A stretch of DNA of 64,000 bases from a virus. Below the pieces are notes generated by a model. It had not been told where the DNA came from. It ran no database searches and was given only the letters and a program-made list of their open reading frames with translations. The DNA is taken from the IMG/VR virus record IMGVR_UViG_3300022916_000008, positions 1 through 64,000 of that record; one strand, given 5' to 3'. Shown piece after piece: positions 39,511-48,917 of the stretch (positions are counted from its first letter, which is position 1; each line of letters starts with the position of its first letter). A program made the translations under genes and the position numbers.

Positions 39511-40336
39511 GCTAGAAAGAAGTCCTGCCCATAAGGGCAACTGTCCTCACTGTAGTAGAAATAAAGTATGGAGATACTTTGAAGGCTTCCATGGAGATGA
39601 GAGATTTGGAAGGTGTGAGAGGATCAATAGTTGTCCTTCTGGTGGGAATGTATACTATCCCGATAGAACGTCCAAGAGAACCTACTTAAAAGAGGTTATA
39701 GAGGTAAGGAATAAACAGGCATTCATCCCACAAATGTATTATAGGAATATTATGCTTGACATGAGTTCTAACTTTCATGTGTTTTGTCGTAAGCTAGGTA
39801 TACCCAATGAACATTTAATCAAATGGGGAGTAGGTACTGACAAAGAAAGGACTGTATTCTTTTTTATCAATCACAAGAAAGAGATTGTGAATAAGAAGGT
39901 GGGTAAGTATCATAAAGATGGGAAGAGAGATAAGGAGTTTGGGTTTTACAGCATGAAGCAACCAGCTAAAGAGTACAAGTATCAATTATGCTTGTTTGGA
40001 GAGCATTTAATCAATGGATTGGATATAGCTATAGTTGAATCAGAGAAGACGGCTGTACTTGCCTCTTGGGTGTACCCTAACTACTCTTGGGTAGCATGTT
40101 CAAGTGCTAATGGATTAAGTGATGGAAGTAATGGTTCTGCTGATAGGATAAGCATACTTAAAGACCGAAAGGTTATATGGGTGTGTGATGCCGATAAAGC
40201 AGGAAGAAGTAATAGTAGTATTAACAACCTTGTCAGATACAACATCAATCATGTTATTATGGACTTCTTTATTATGCGTACAGATGGCTATGATATAGGC
40301 GATAGTATTGTTGATGGCATAAAAGATTTATTATGA
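39497..40336 (+). CDS. Primase-like TOPRIM protein (DUF6371-type) with an N-terminal Zn finger
   Basis: CPHC...GRCERINSC; QLCLFGEHL; IVESEKTA; DAD; DIGD. Confidence 0.75.
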   Translation: MVAHRLERSPAHKGNCPHCSRNKVWRYFEGFHGDERFGRCERINSCPSGGNVYYPDRTSKRTYLKEVIEVRNKQAFIPQMYYRNIMLDMSSNFHVFCRKLGIPNEHLIKWGVGTDKERTVFFFINHKKEIVNKKVGKYHKDGKRDKEFGFYSMKQPAKEYKYQLCLFGEHLINGLDIAIVESEKTAVLASWVYPNYSWVACSSANGLSDGSNGSADRISILKDRKVIWVCDADKAGRSNSSINNLVRYNINHVIMDFFIMRTDGYDIGDSIVDGIKDLL

Positions 40337-40623
40337 CCAAAGAAGAAAATCAATTGATAAAGAAAGCAGAAGCTATTAAGTCTGTTGAATGTATAGACTG
40401 TGAATGCTTAGACCAAGACAAGGATGGATTAAAGTGCTGGAACTTTAACAATGGCAGAGAAGGGAAATTGTTTAGGATAAGATACATGAGTTATTCTTGT
40501 ATAAAAAAGATGCAAGTTGATATGATTAAGACAGTTAATACCCAAGATAAGCTTAACTTAGCCCATAAGATAATTCGCTTTGGCAATTCAATAAAAGGAC
40601 GTGAACTAATAAACAAAGACTAA
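40333..40623 (+). CDS. Hypothetical Cys-containing protein
   Basis: 96 aa, CIDCEC motif. Confidence 0.45.
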   Translation: MTKEENQLIKKAEAIKSVECIDCECLDQDKDGLKCWNFNNGREGKLFRIRYMSYSCIKKMQVDMIKTVNTQDKLNLAHKIIRFGNSIKGRELINKD

Positions 40624-40940
40624 TGAGTGGAGTAAAAAGTAATGAACAGATAATCCATATCAATGACAATTATGTTATTGGTATGTTTGATGAATACAAC
40701 TTCGCATTAAAGAAGAAGCGTGTTGTACAAAGTGGAAATAATACTGGAGACATTAAGTGGGATGTCAAAGCATGGTGTGGTTCCTTCAAGCAAGTAATGG
40801 ATCATGCGGAAAGAAACAATATCATTGACACTGTTGGGGATGCTACGGAAATAATGAAAACAGTAACAGATCTACACAAAGAAGTGGAAAGAATTGGGGA
40901 AGAAATTAAACAACTAATAAAAGACAAAAATGAAAGGTAA
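40623..40940 (+). CDS. Hypothetical protein
   Basis: 105 aa, translationally coupled to its neighbours. Confidence 0.5.
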   Translation: MSGVKSNEQIIHINDNYVIGMFDEYNFALKKKRVVQSGNNTGDIKWDVKAWCGSFKQVMDHAERNNIIDTVGDATEIMKTVTDLHKEVERIGEEIKQLIKDKNER

Positions 40941-41520
40941 ACTAAGATCAGTTGTGCCACTGATGAGAAATGACGCACACAACACATGGACATCAAGCCG
41001 TGGAGATTTAATGTATGATTTCAGCCTAGAAGTTGAAGTAGACGACAAGGTGCTTACAGGATCGGCAAGTGCAAAAAGAGATGTGTTTAGATTCAAAGCT
41101 GGTGATCAAATAGTATTTGAATACAAAGAGAATGATAATCCCGCATATCCTGCTAAGTTCAGTAAGGTGGCTGACCCTAACTATCAAGCAAGTGGTGGAG
41201 GTACTGGTGGTGCTCGTAAGGGAGAAGACTTTTATGTTAAGATGAAGGTTGGTATGTGTAAGAGTACAGGCAGTAAGCTTGCAGTTAATGCAGCTATTAA
41301 TCTTAAGAAAGAAGTGTCATTGGATAACCTCTATGCTCTTACTAAGTTATTTCAAGGCTGGTTGCTTACTAATCCTACTAATCAAGAGGATATGTCCAAG
41401 CGTATGAGTGCTTTGTCAAGAGCAGTAGAATGTATTGTATTTGATAACCTCAACATTGCAGACAGTAAGGCAATCTTAACTTGTGCTGATTTGTGGTTGG
41501 CTAATGTAAGCTTTGAATAA
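40930..41520 (+). CDS. Putative ssDNA-binding/annealing protein (N-terminal OB fold)
   Basis: Beta-rich N-terminus, Gly linker, helical C-terminus; next to an exonuclease. Confidence 0.45.
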   Translation: MKGKLRSVVPLMRNDAHNTWTSSRGDLMYDFSLEVEVDDKVLTGSASAKRDVFRFKAGDQIVFEYKENDNPAYPAKFSKVADPNYQASGGGTGGARKGEDFYVKMKVGMCKSTGSKLAVNAAINLKKEVSLDNLYALTKLFQGWLLTNPTNQEDMSKRMSALSRAVECIVFDNLNIADSKAILTCADLWLANVSFE

Positions 41521-42350
41521 TGAAGAGCTTAGTCGACAAAGAAGGTAATGTCCATTTAGGATCAAGCCTTATTAAACAAATATATTACAAGGGAGAAGAA
41601 AGAATCCATTGTCCGAGAAAGATCTATATCAGCTATGTAGCCAAGTCTCATAAGTCACCATCAAGTATATATATGCTTAGAGGGCTATACTTTGAATACA
41701 AGTGCTTAGGGGCTATGAGTTCTCATCAAGAAGATGTCCCTGATTGGTCATCATTGTTCTATGCAAGAGATCAGGAGAAGCCATTAGCAGAAACAGATCG
41801 TGTATTAAGGCAAGTCGATAATTTCAGAGAAAGAATCATTCCTCCTTATGGGTTAGAAGTTGATGAAGTAAGGGTTCAGGTAAAAGGAGAAAAGCTTTTA
41901 GAAGATCACAAGATAATATTAGAGGGAGAAGCTGATCTTATTAGTCCGGTATCTTTTACTGCACAGAACAAGGAGTATGTCTTTGATGATTGCATTATTG
42001 ATCTTAAGCTTACCGGAGACCTTGGTAATGATTTTGGGGAATTCAGTTGGGCAAAGGCTCAGGATATGGATCACATACAAGCATATATCTATGGAGCTAT
42101 ATGGGAACTACCATTCATGTACTTTGTGTTTGACTATAAGAAGAACCCAGAGTTCCTTCCCATACTTAAGACCATGAAGGGTGTAGAGGCTATGGAGTAC
42201 ATGCAGACTGTTCTCAATGCAAAGGAAAAGATTCTTGAGTACGAAGAAAAGAAGTGGCCAGCAGTGTCTTCATACAAGCTATGTAAGAACTGTATGCTGC
42301 AAGATGTATGTGATAAGTTTATCAATAAGCCTGATGCTGTAATCATATGA
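41520..42350 (+). CDS. PD-(D/E)XK exonuclease, Cas4/AddB-like
   Basis: HCPRK, GEADL, IIDLKLT, QAYIY and C-terminal CKNC..DVC. Confidence 0.8.
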   Translation: MKSLVDKEGNVHLGSSLIKQIYYKGEERIHCPRKIYISYVAKSHKSPSSIYMLRGLYFEYKCLGAMSSHQEDVPDWSSLFYARDQEKPLAETDRVLRQVDNFRERIIPPYGLEVDEVRVQVKGEKLLEDHKIILEGEADLISPVSFTAQNKEYVFDDCIIDLKLTGDLGNDFGEFSWAKAQDMDHIQAYIYGAIWELPFMYFVFDYKKNPEFLPILKTMKGVEAMEYMQTVLNAKEKILEYEEKKWPAVSSYKLCKNCMLQDVCDKFINKPDAVII

Positions 42351-42362
42351 AACACAAAGTAA

Positions 42363-42647
42363 TTGACTAGCGATACTTTGAGCAAACTTCGGATAACATA
42401 TAACGGTGACTACACTCCAATTAATGAAATTTTAGTTGGAGAGGTAGTTACTGCTATGTCCCGGAGATTCTTTAAGGTGTTAAAAATACATAAGAAGGAA
42501 AGATATCACACGCTTGAGAATTTAATTACAAAGCGAATTGTGAAAGTGGGTTGGGGCACATCAGAGTTCATTGTCCTATCAAAGTTATCCGAAGAAAAAA
42601 GGGATAAGTATCGACAGATATATAAGCAAGAACTAAAACTAAAGTAA
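42363..42647 (+). CDS. Hypothetical protein
   Basis: ORF track entry; start uncertain. Confidence 0.45.
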   Translation: MTSDTLSKLRITYNGDYTPINEILVGEVVTAMSRRFFKVLKIHKKERYHTLENLITKRIVKVGWGTSEFIVLSKLSEEKRDKYRQIYKQELKLK

Positions 42648-42788
42648 TGGAAAACTTATGGAAGATCCTTATGATCTCCATTGTTGTAGGAGTAATACTC
42701 TATCAGCTATGGAAGCGTATGTGTAAAGAAAAGCAATACACAAGAGATTTTGATAACAATCTTAAAAAACAAATCAAAGACAGACAGA

Positions 42789-43235
42789 ATGAAAGAATAC
42801 AAAAGTAATATCACTACATACAGACTTGTTAAAGAGCCTTGTGAGATTAAAAAGGTTAAGATAACTAAGTCCGCAGAAATTGCTGAATACTGCCGAGCTT
42901 TTTGGCATGACGACATAGGTATATACGAGAGTTTCTTTCTATTGCTAATGAACCGGGCAAACAATACCACTGGTTATGTTAAGATAAGCCAAGGTGGTGT
43001 CTCTGGAACAGTTGCAGACCTAAAGATAATCATGAAGTATGCAATTGAAGGACTAGCAGCAGCAGTAGCAGTCGTTCATAATCACCCATCTGGAAACATG
43101 AAGCCAAGTCAAGCAGATATTGAGTTGACAAAAAAGATCAATGATTCATGTAAACTAATGGATATAGCATTGCTAGATCATTTGGTTATTACCGAAGAAA
43201 GTTATTTCAGTTTCGCTGATGAAGGTCTTTTATAA
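42789..43235 (+). CDS. radC: RadC-like JAB domain protein
   Basis: ESF..LLMNRAN, HNHPSG..PSQAD and LLDHLVI. Likely start MKEYK. Confidence 0.9.
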   Translation: MKEYKSNITTYRLVKEPCEIKKVKITKSAEIAEYCRAFWHDDIGIYESFFLLLMNRANNTTGYVKISQGGVSGTVADLKIIMKYAIEGLAAAVAVVHNHPSGNMKPSQADIELTKKINDSCKLMDIALLDHLVITEESYFSFADEGLL

Positions 43236-43250
43236 GGTTTTCTTTAATTG

Positions 43251-43306
43251 GCTATAACGGTTTGTGTATGGCATCGTTTTAATGTGCTATACACGTTGTT
43301 AGGTGC
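43251..43306 (+). repeat. attC-like palindromic site 1
   Basis: CTATAAC...GTGTATGGCA/TGCTATACAC stem...GTTAGGT. Confidence 0.6.
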
Positions 43307-43336
43307 TTTTTAAAATAAATATTTAAAGATAAAACT

Positions 43337-43474
43337 ATGTTAAAAAACGAATGGTGGACAAAGCCAAACCCAGAAGGAATAAGCAATAAAGATGTACTAC
43401 AAGTGTTTTGTGCTTGGTTAATGATACAAAGCGTGTGTATAGGTAGTTACCTATTTATTTTATATTGCACCTAA
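43337..43474 (+). CDS. Cassette-borne small hydrophobic protein (45 aa)
   Basis: MLKNEWWTK...LYCT; stop codon lies inside GCACCTAA of site 2. Confidence 0.5.
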   Translation: MLKNEWWTKPNPEGISNKDVLQVFCAWLMIQSVCIGSYLFILYCT

Positions 43475-43556
43475 TGTGATCTTGTATAAATTGAGTGTGG
43501 CATTTTCGCCACACGGTAGATTTTGGATGCCACATTCAGTTTATACATTGTTAAGA
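43467..43556 (+). repeat. attC-like palindromic site 2
   Basis: GCACCTAAT...~22 bp imperfect stem TGTATAAATTGAGTGTGGCAT/ATGCCACATTCAGTTTATACA...GTTAAGA. Confidence 0.6.
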
Positions 43557-43671
43557 TTAGTTACACAAGGGAATGATAAATATTTTAATAAATAGCGAGA
43601 CTGATCGATGTGGTATTCATACAAGATCACATTAAGGTTAATTAAGTTTAAAAGGAATTAAAAAAGAAAAC

Positions 43672-43878
43672 ATGAAGATAATAAACGGAGTAATATTAGT
43701 GCAACTTGATGATCGTGATGGAGTTTTTCAAATAGATATGAAAGAAGAAAGGTTTAAATTAGCATTAAGGTTAATTCAAGAAAAAATATATAAGTTTGAA
43801 CCTATGCCAATATTTGATAAACCCATTGAAGAAGTACAGTTTGTTTTTAATGATTTAAACGACCCGAAGGGTAATTAA
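43672..43878 (+). CDS. Cassette-borne hypothetical protein (68 aa)
   Basis: Bounded by ATTAAGGTTAATTA and TAATTAACCTTAAC. Confidence 0.55.
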   Translation: MKIINGVILVQLDDRDGVFQIDMKEERFKLALRLIQEKIYKFEPMPIFDKPIEEVQFVFNDLNDPKGN

Positions 43879-43930
43879 CCTTAACTCTAAGCTATGATTC
43901 GTTTTTAATGAATTATAGCGACAGTTATGG
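43879..43930 (+). repeat. attC-like palindromic site 3
   Basis: CCTTAAC...GCTATGATTCGT/ATGAATTATAGC stem...GTTATGG. Confidence 0.6.
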
Positions 43931-44266
43931 GCAGTTTTAATTATCAAACTAATGAAAAAGAAACAAGAATTAATAAAGAAGACACGTCCTTGGCATAAAG
44001 AAAGGTGTGTATGTGGACATATGATTTATTGGAGTAGAACAAAAGGTGAGTATAGATGCCATTGTTCTAATCCTAAACCCTTTAATAAACAACATGATGG
44101 AAGGACAATATACAAATGAGGAAATGTTGGCTATGTCTAATATTATTACTTCCGTTGCTATGATGAACAGAGGACTTATAATTCGTAAAGTTGGAAGAAC
44201 TGTAAACTATTACAGCAAATGTTCTGATGACAGTTGGTTGAACTATGATTGTAAAACAACAAGCTA

Positions 44267-44614
44267 ATGAAAATTGAATTAATATCAAATCAACAACATC
44301 TGTTTATTAAGGAAATGTATGAGAAGCATCCAGTATTGACTTCCCAAAATGAAGGTTATGAATATATTGATAAATCGAAGTTTGCCAAAGAAGAGAAAGA
44401 AGCTTTTGATAATATTGAAGCTATACTTAAGAAGCATATAACAGGATTTCATGAATTCAATAACTTTAGAATATCAAGAAAGACTAATGAGTTAGAATTG
44501 CGCTTTCAATATTCTTGGACTGCTGATGATCCTGATTCTAGAGTTTCTTTTTCAGGAGTAGGATACATTTTACTTGATGAACTTTTAAACGGATTTGATA
44601 AACTTCGTAGGTAA
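44267..44614 (+). CDS. Hypothetical protein
   Basis: 115 aa, coupled by TAATG. Confidence 0.55.
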   Translation: MKIELISNQQHLFIKEMYEKHPVLTSQNEGYEYIDKSKFAKEEKEAFDNIEAILKKHITGFHEFNNFRISRKTNELELRFQYSWTADDPDSRVSFSGVGYILLDELLNGFDKLRR

Positions 44615-44916
44615 TGACTACCCAAGAAATATATGACAGAGCCGTAAATTATGGTTGTAGTCTTGAATGTACATGTGTAGACATAACGCAAAACAAATGG
44701 GATAGTCTTATGGAGGGACACACCAGAGCAAATCGGATATTAGTTGTAAAAGCTGCAATGATAGCTGGAATACTAAATGATGAAGAAGGTAGAAAAGAGA
44801 CCAGACAACCTTGGCATAATCCTTATAATCATTACAAAACTAAAACGCATTTGATCTATGTCCATCCCTGTACTGAACACTTTATAAAAGTAAATGATGA
44901 CGAGAGACGTATTTAA
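44614..44916 (+). CDS. Hypothetical protein
   Basis: 100 aa, TKTHLIYVH..EHF. Confidence 0.55.
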   Translation: MTTQEIYDRAVNYGCSLECTCVDITQNKWDSLMEGHTRANRILVVKAAMIAGILNDEEGRKETRQPWHNPYNHYKTKTHLIYVHPCTEHFIKVNDDERRI

Positions 44917-45078
44917 GGAATTAGGGAACATTCTTGACCCTAATAGATGTGAGAGCTGTATACTCATGGAATCGGGTAGAAATACTACTATATGCAGGGC
45001 AAATGGGAAGCCTATTCCTGATATCACTGGACAGCCTATATGGTGTCCTAAAAAGAAAACCCTTTAATAAACAAGACA

Positions 45079-46116
45079 ATGAATAAACCAAAAAAGACAG
45101 AAGAAGTAAAAGAAGTAATCGTGCAAAAGATTATTATCGAAGACAACAGTAAGGCAGTAGAGCTGACACTTGATCAGTTGAGAGAAACAAGAACGTTTGC
45201 AGATGCATTTGGTAACATGCCTGAGAAGTTCCTTAAAGAACACCATATCTTTATCAAGGATATTATGGATATGGCAGAAGGTGTTGGTGCAAAGCCTAGC
45301 ATAGGACAGATATTGGCTCCATCAAAAGGTATTGAGAAAATATCATTAGCAGAAGCAGAAGAAAAAGGACTTGATCAGGACCTTGCCGAGAACACTTGTG
45401 TAAAGGTCGTTATTGGACGTATTGATCTTGGTGATAAGTTTGCCAAGAAGTTATGGAATCTTGCAATAGGGTTCATGTATAATGAAAAGGGAATGGAGAT
45501 ATGCGTTGGCACTAACATCGCTATATGTAGTAATCTCACAATCTTTGGTGAAGGAGTTCATTACAAGAGTCATGGACGTGGCGCAATTAGTATATCCGAG
45601 ATGTATGTTAATGTAAAAACATGGCTTGAGAACCTTGAAGGTTTTGATACTGTTAATTCAGAGCTACTGGAACGTATGATAGCAATTCCTATTGATTGGG
45701 ATAAAGGTACTGAATCATTCGTTGGTCACTGTCTTAAAGCTGCTGTAAGGCGTAATTATCATAAAGGCAATGCTTTTCCTTTAAACATGACAGAAGTAGG
45801 ACGTATGACCTCTTATTTGATCGGACAAGAAGGAACAGAAGATGCTGAGAACCCTTCATTGTATCACTTGTATAATGCCGGAACATGGTTGCTAACACAT
45901 TCAGATGATTTACCAAATAAGTATGGTACTATCAAAGAGTTTACTGAATGGTTTGAGAAAGAATGGTTAATCCCTGCAGAAGAAGTTGCTGCATTAGCTG
46001 TTATCGAAGAGCCTTTTAAGGATGAAGTTGAAAACGATGAAGGACTTGCTAATGTACCAGACAATATTGTAGATGATACAGGGTTTCCTCTTGAAGATGA
46101 TGGTAATGGAGAATAA
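45079..46116 (+). CDS. DUF932-like protein
   Basis: GTNIAICSNL and SLYHLYNAGT motifs. Confidence 0.55.
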   Translation: MNKPKKTEEVKEVIVQKIIIEDNSKAVELTLDQLRETRTFADAFGNMPEKFLKEHHIFIKDIMDMAEGVGAKPSIGQILAPSKGIEKISLAEAEEKGLDQDLAENTCVKVVIGRIDLGDKFAKKLWNLAIGFMYNEKGMEICVGTNIAICSNLTIFGEGVHYKSHGRGAISISEMYVNVKTWLENLEGFDTVNSELLERMIAIPIDWDKGTESFVGHCLKAAVRRNYHKGNAFPLNMTEVGRMTSYLIGQEGTEDAENPSLYHLYNAGTWLLTHSDDLPNKYGTIKEFTEWFEKEWLIPAEEVAALAVIEEPFKDEVENDEGLANVPDNIVDDTGFPLEDDGNGE

Positions 46117-46264
46117 CATGGAGAAGCCAAAAGTAAGTAAAGACATTACGGATTGGTCAATGGAAATGCAGTTTGGTTGGAGAGACGGAAAGAAGCTCCC
46201 AAATCCAGATAGTGGAGTTAAAGTAATAAAGACTCCAAGGCAAGTAAAGACCAAGTAGTAACAT

Positions 46265-46307
46265 AGTCCTCTCGCTGTCACAGATGATCGTGAGGGGACT
46301 TTCTTTT
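46265..46307 (+). terminator. Intrinsic terminator
   Basis: AGTCCTCTCGC / GTGAGGGGACT stem followed by TTCTTTT. Confidence 0.65.
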
Positions 46308-46326
46308 AATATCTAATGAAACACCC

Positions 46327-46656
46327 ATGAGAAGAATGAAACGTGTCACAGACGGCAATAATCCAAATGGTACTCCAGACAATGTATTCTTTATGAAAAG
46401 CTATGGAGCAGAACCGCATAATCTAAAGATTCCATATTCTATTGCCGAAGTAGTAAGAAACTATTACGACAAGGGAATGAAGCAGTCAAAGATATGTGCT
46501 ATCGTTGGCCTTGACAAATCGTCTGTTAATAAAATTATATCATTTAAATCACACGTAACAAACTCCCGAACAGTATCTCCAGAAGAGGCAATACAGCTTG
46601 GAGTAACAAGCGGAGAATCTGTTATGAAAATGTTTAAGTATGAGAAAAATATATGA
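46327..46656 (+). CDS. HTH DNA-binding protein
   Basis: GMKQSKICAIVGLDKSSVNKII. Confidence 0.65.
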   Translation: MRRMKRVTDGNNPNGTPDNVFFMKSYGAEPHNLKIPYSIAEVVRNYYDKGMKQSKICAIVGLDKSSVNKIISFKSHVTNSRTVSPEEAIQLGVTSGESVMKMFKYEKNI

Positions 46657-46843
46657 AGTAAAAATTCAATGGCTTGATGATGAAAAAGAAATTGTATCAG
46701 GACTATTGTTTGAAGAAGGTGATTTTGAAGATAATGATAATATTTTCTTTTATATATCGTCTGAAAATGATCTCAAAGAACTTATGAAAGAAGGATCAGC
46801 AAATGATTTTATTGTATTAGACTATCACAAACTAAATTCTTAA
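46640..46843 (+). CDS. Small acidic protein
   Basis: 67 aa, D/E-rich. Confidence 0.5.
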   Translation: MRKIYEVKIQWLDDEKEIVSGLLFEEGDFEDNDNIFFYISSENDLKELMKEGSANDFIVLDYHKLNS

Positions 46844-46845
46844 TT

Positions 46846-47376
46846 ATGGCTGATAAAAAACCTGAAAAGAAAACAACTGATAACTTTAAGGCTATAATCT
46901 TAAAGACACTTGAGAAGAGAGCAAAAGACGATGAATTGTTTGCAAAGACATTCAAAAAAGAAAACAAGAACATTGATGATTGTATAAAGTATATTCTCAA
47001 TACAGTCCAGAAAAGTAAGATACAAGGGTTTACTGATGATGAAGTATATGCAATGGCAGTTCATTATTATGATGAAGATGAAATTGAAGTAGGAAAGGAC
47101 AATAAATGTCAAGTAGTAGTTAATCATACAGTAGTGCTTACAGAAGAAGAAAAGAAAGAAGCCAGACAAAAGGCTATTGATGATCTTGCCAGAGAGCAAA
47201 AGAATAAGATGAAAGGTGTGGGGAAGAAGAAAGAAGCTCCTACCAGTCCAGCTATTGACTTTACCAAAAAGAATGAAGATTATCCAGACACAGGCCTAGA
47301 GAAAGCAATCAAACAAGAAAAGGCCAAACCTAAAGCAGAACCAAAACCTGTTGCAGTACAGGGATCATTATTTTAA
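46846..47376 (+). CDS. PcfK-like protein (family that includes AcrIIA9)
   Basis: LEKRAKDDELFAK..KNIDDCIKYILNTVQKS..GFTDDEVYAMAVHYYDED; ends in QGSLF. Confidence 0.85.
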   Translation: MADKKPEKKTTDNFKAIILKTLEKRAKDDELFAKTFKKENKNIDDCIKYILNTVQKSKIQGFTDDEVYAMAVHYYDEDEIEVGKDNKCQVVVNHTVVLTEEEKKEARQKAIDDLAREQKNKMKGVGKKKEAPTSPAIDFTKKNEDYPDTGLEKAIKQEKAKPKAEPKPVAVQGSLF

Positions 47377-47379
47377 GAC

Positions 47380-48660
47380 ATGGAACCAAAAACTAAACTA
47401 CAGAAAAGAGTATATAGAAATAGCAGAAGACTTCCGTCATTAACTAAAAAGCATGAACAATGGGCTGCTGATAACTTATTTGATGCTTGGCTGTATAAGA
47501 CGAATAAAACTAATATATGCTTTAATTGTGCTCATGAATGGAGTGATGGTATTCGCAGAGATGCATTGTTAGCGCAATTTACTACTTGCCCTAATTGTAA
47601 GAAGGACTTGAAGTTAACAGAGAAAAAGTCATGGAGGCATAGAGACATTAATCAGTTCTGTATTCTTACTGTTATTGATGGATTCCAAGTAGTACGATAT
47701 GTCGAAGCAATACAGTATTGTGTAAAAGGAGAGCCTGTAGAATATGACCTATACGATATATTCTCTCATTGGATTAGCCCTGATGGTAAAACAACTGGTA
47801 TATCAAAACTTAGAGCAATGTATGGTTATTACAACTTTTCTGAGTGGAGCAGATGTTCTACATTAGAGATAAGGCAAAATTTGGCATACAATACTTATGC
47901 TGTTGAAAGTTATAAGAATGGTCGTGTTATTCCAGAACTTAAGCGTAATGGATATGATGGCAATGTTTATGGCTATGACACATCAATGTTCTTTAGGTAC
48001 TTATTAAGTGAGCCAATATTTGAAACATTGTTAAAGAAAGGACAACTTGGGTTATTGAAAAGTTATAAATCACAGTACGATTCAATAAACAAGTTATGGG
48101 CACAGATCAAAATATGCTTTAAGAACAATTATGTTATTGAAGACTTTGTGATGTGGAAAGATTATCTTGTATTGCTACATAAGTTCGGCAGGGATGTGTA
48201 TAGTCCAAGATGGATATGTCCTGTTGATTTAAACAAAAGACATGATAAGCTTGTGGAGAAGGCTAGGAAGTTGAGACAGAAGGAGAAGCTGGAAGAGCTT
48301 AAAGATAAAATCCGAGTAGATAATATCAAATACAGAAAGAAGATAAAGAAGTTCCTTGATGTTAGATTTTCTAATGATAACATTGAAGTTGTTGTAATCA
48401 AGAATGTAAAGGAGCTGCTAAAGGAAGGAGATGAATTGAATCATTGTGTATTTAGCAGTAATTACCAGAACAGATCTAATTCATTGCTTTTGTCTGCAAG
48501 AAAGGGTAAGCAGAGAATTGAAACGATTGAGGTTAATCTTAATTCCATGACAATAGAGCAAGCAAGAGGATCGGGTAATAAGCCTACAGAGTATCATGAG
48601 GAAATTGTTAATTTAGTAAACCAGAATATTAAAACATTGAAAAGGATAAAAGTGTCATGA
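47380..48660 (+). CDS. PcfJ-like protein
   Basis: MEPKTKLQKRV start, Zn ribbon, WKDYL, EGDELNHCVF, RIETIEV and QARG. Confidence 0.85.
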   Translation: MEPKTKLQKRVYRNSRRLPSLTKKHEQWAADNLFDAWLYKTNKTNICFNCAHEWSDGIRRDALLAQFTTCPNCKKDLKLTEKKSWRHRDINQFCILTVIDGFQVVRYVEAIQYCVKGEPVEYDLYDIFSHWISPDGKTTGISKLRAMYGYYNFSEWSRCSTLEIRQNLAYNTYAVESYKNGRVIPELKRNGYDGNVYGYDTSMFFRYLLSEPIFETLLKKGQLGLLKSYKSQYDSINKLWAQIKICFKNNYVIEDFVMWKDYLVLLHKFGRDVYSPRWICPVDLNKRHDKLVEKARKLRQKEKLEELKDKIRVDNIKYRKKIKKFLDVRFSNDNIEVVVIKNVKELLKEGDELNHCVFSSNYQNRSNSLLLSARKGKQRIETIEVNLNSMTIEQARGSGNKPTEYHEEIVNLVNQNIKTLKRIKVS

Positions 48661-48917
48661 GTAATAAAAATAAATTAGGACAAGAGCCAGCATTTCCATC
48701 TGGAGAGATAGATATGGAAACATTTGAGCCAACAAAAGATCATCTGGGTATGTCAAAACGATTCTATGCAGCTTGTAAGGCTATGCAAGGACTTTGTAGT
48801 AGTGAACTAATAGGTATAACTGCAGAACAAGCAACTAAGAGGGTGCCTAGAGTAGTAAAATTGGCATATGTGTATGCAGACGAACTATTAAAACAAGAAG
48901 AAGATGAAAGTATTTAA
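48657..48917 (+). CDS. Small phage protein of the PAFP...GM(S/T)xRxY(F/A)AxxAMQG family
   Basis: PAFP, GMSKRFYAACKAMQGL, AYVYADELL. Confidence 0.65.
   Translation: MSNKNKLGQEPAFPSGEIDMETFEPTKDHLGMSKRFYAACKAMQGLCSSELIGITAEQATKRVPRVVKLAYVYADELLKQEEDESI

Noticed and set aside
41520-42350. Cas4-like gene suggesting a CRISPR locus
   Set aside because: No repeat-spacer array or other cas genes were seen; solo Cas4-like nucleases are common in phages.
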